This document shows, one piece after another, positions 63,222 through 64,000 of a stretch of DNA of 64,000 bases. The stretch is from assembly GCA_964199315.1 (NCBI GenBank), contig OZ116707.1:8804001-8868000 (forward strand), in the 5' to 3' direction. The notes below the pieces were generated by a model. It was not told the origin of the DNA. It ran no database searches and saw only the letters and a list, made by a program, of their open reading frames with translations. The DNA comes from Orbicella franksi. Taxonomy: Eukaryota. The position numbers were made by a program, and so were the translations under genes. How positions within the stretch are numbered: position 1 is the first letter of the stretch; the number at the start of each line of letters is the position of its first letter.

Positions 63222-64000
63222 TTCGTTGAGTAAACAAAGTTGTAAATTTCATTAATTTCAGCTTTTTGGACCTTCACCCACAGAGCCTATCAGATGGATG
63301 TAATAACAAGGAATAAACCAAGATAACTCAAATTTCTCTATTTTCTTTGTTACGTATTGATTTGCTTGTTAGTGAATGTGCTGCCGGCCATACTGTGTCT
63401 GATTTGTACAGTGAGTGGCTTCTGTGCAGAATAACCAACGACAAATGTAGACTACAGACCAGAAGACTTTCAAGGACCATTACCGACAGGAGTGTTCTAA
63501 CGCTAACCAAAATGTTATTGAGGCTATTATTAACACCAGTCTGCAGTCTGCATTTGTCACACACTGTCTCAATGGGTAGGTCTCAATAATTACACTACGA
63601 GACAAGCAGTCAATTTTTAGACCAATTTCCCAGATGGTGGGTACTCATCACTGTCCATATTTTAAGTCATTGTGCACAAACTTCACTGCTATAATTTATG
63701 CATTTCATCAGAAGCCAAGACTTGTATTTAAAAATTTGTCTCCATTTTGAATGTCATACATGAATTTCTCAGTAAAACAAAAATCACACTCCAACTACTG
63801 AGCTGAAAATGAACTGATACTGGTGACTGTCATGCAATAAATCACACAACTATTTTATAGCAAAATATGTTTAAATTTTTCATTTGAACTTATAAAACTA
63901 GTTTTGTACACAAAAGTACGAAAACTAACTGCACAGTTGTGACTTTCTTTTTGAGAATACTTCATTTAAGATGTGCCATGGATTAGGCTCTTGCTTGCAA

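Overview
AT-rich eukaryotic (animal) DNA with GT-AG introns. The repeat families and element mix suggest a cnidarian, probably a stony coral; this is inference from recalled families, with no search run. The window is a nest of DNA transposons around a few spliced genes. Left third: a RING/TRAF-type zinc-finger gene (cut by the window edge), an intact two-intron Merlin (IS1595-like) transposase, and a 19-exon gene modelled by hand (~819 aa: Thr/Ser repeats, UAS-like, coiled coil, UBX-like, Glu/Lys tail). Its introns hold SINE/LINE/Penelope debris, a hammerhead-like motif and a 59/60-bp minisatellite. Middle: two decayed THAP-HTH-DDE_Tnp_4 (ISL2EU/Harbinger-type) transposases, a YqaJ exonuclease, a complete 4.3-kb Ginger-type element (integrase-OTU-F-box-like), a kinase pseudogene and a C2H2 gene. 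Right third, the highlight: a decayed, intron-rich minus-strand transposase whose short exons join into a protein colinear with the RAG1/Transib catalytic core, followed by an open Ulp1/SUMO-protease exon. One intron holds a 27-copy 161-bp satellite. One exon is split by an 11.5-kb Helentron (2A-like motif-OTU-HUH Rep-PIF1-APE endonuclease, plus an RPA-like gene), and removing it restores the reading frame. No rRNA, tRNA gene or CRISPR array is supported.
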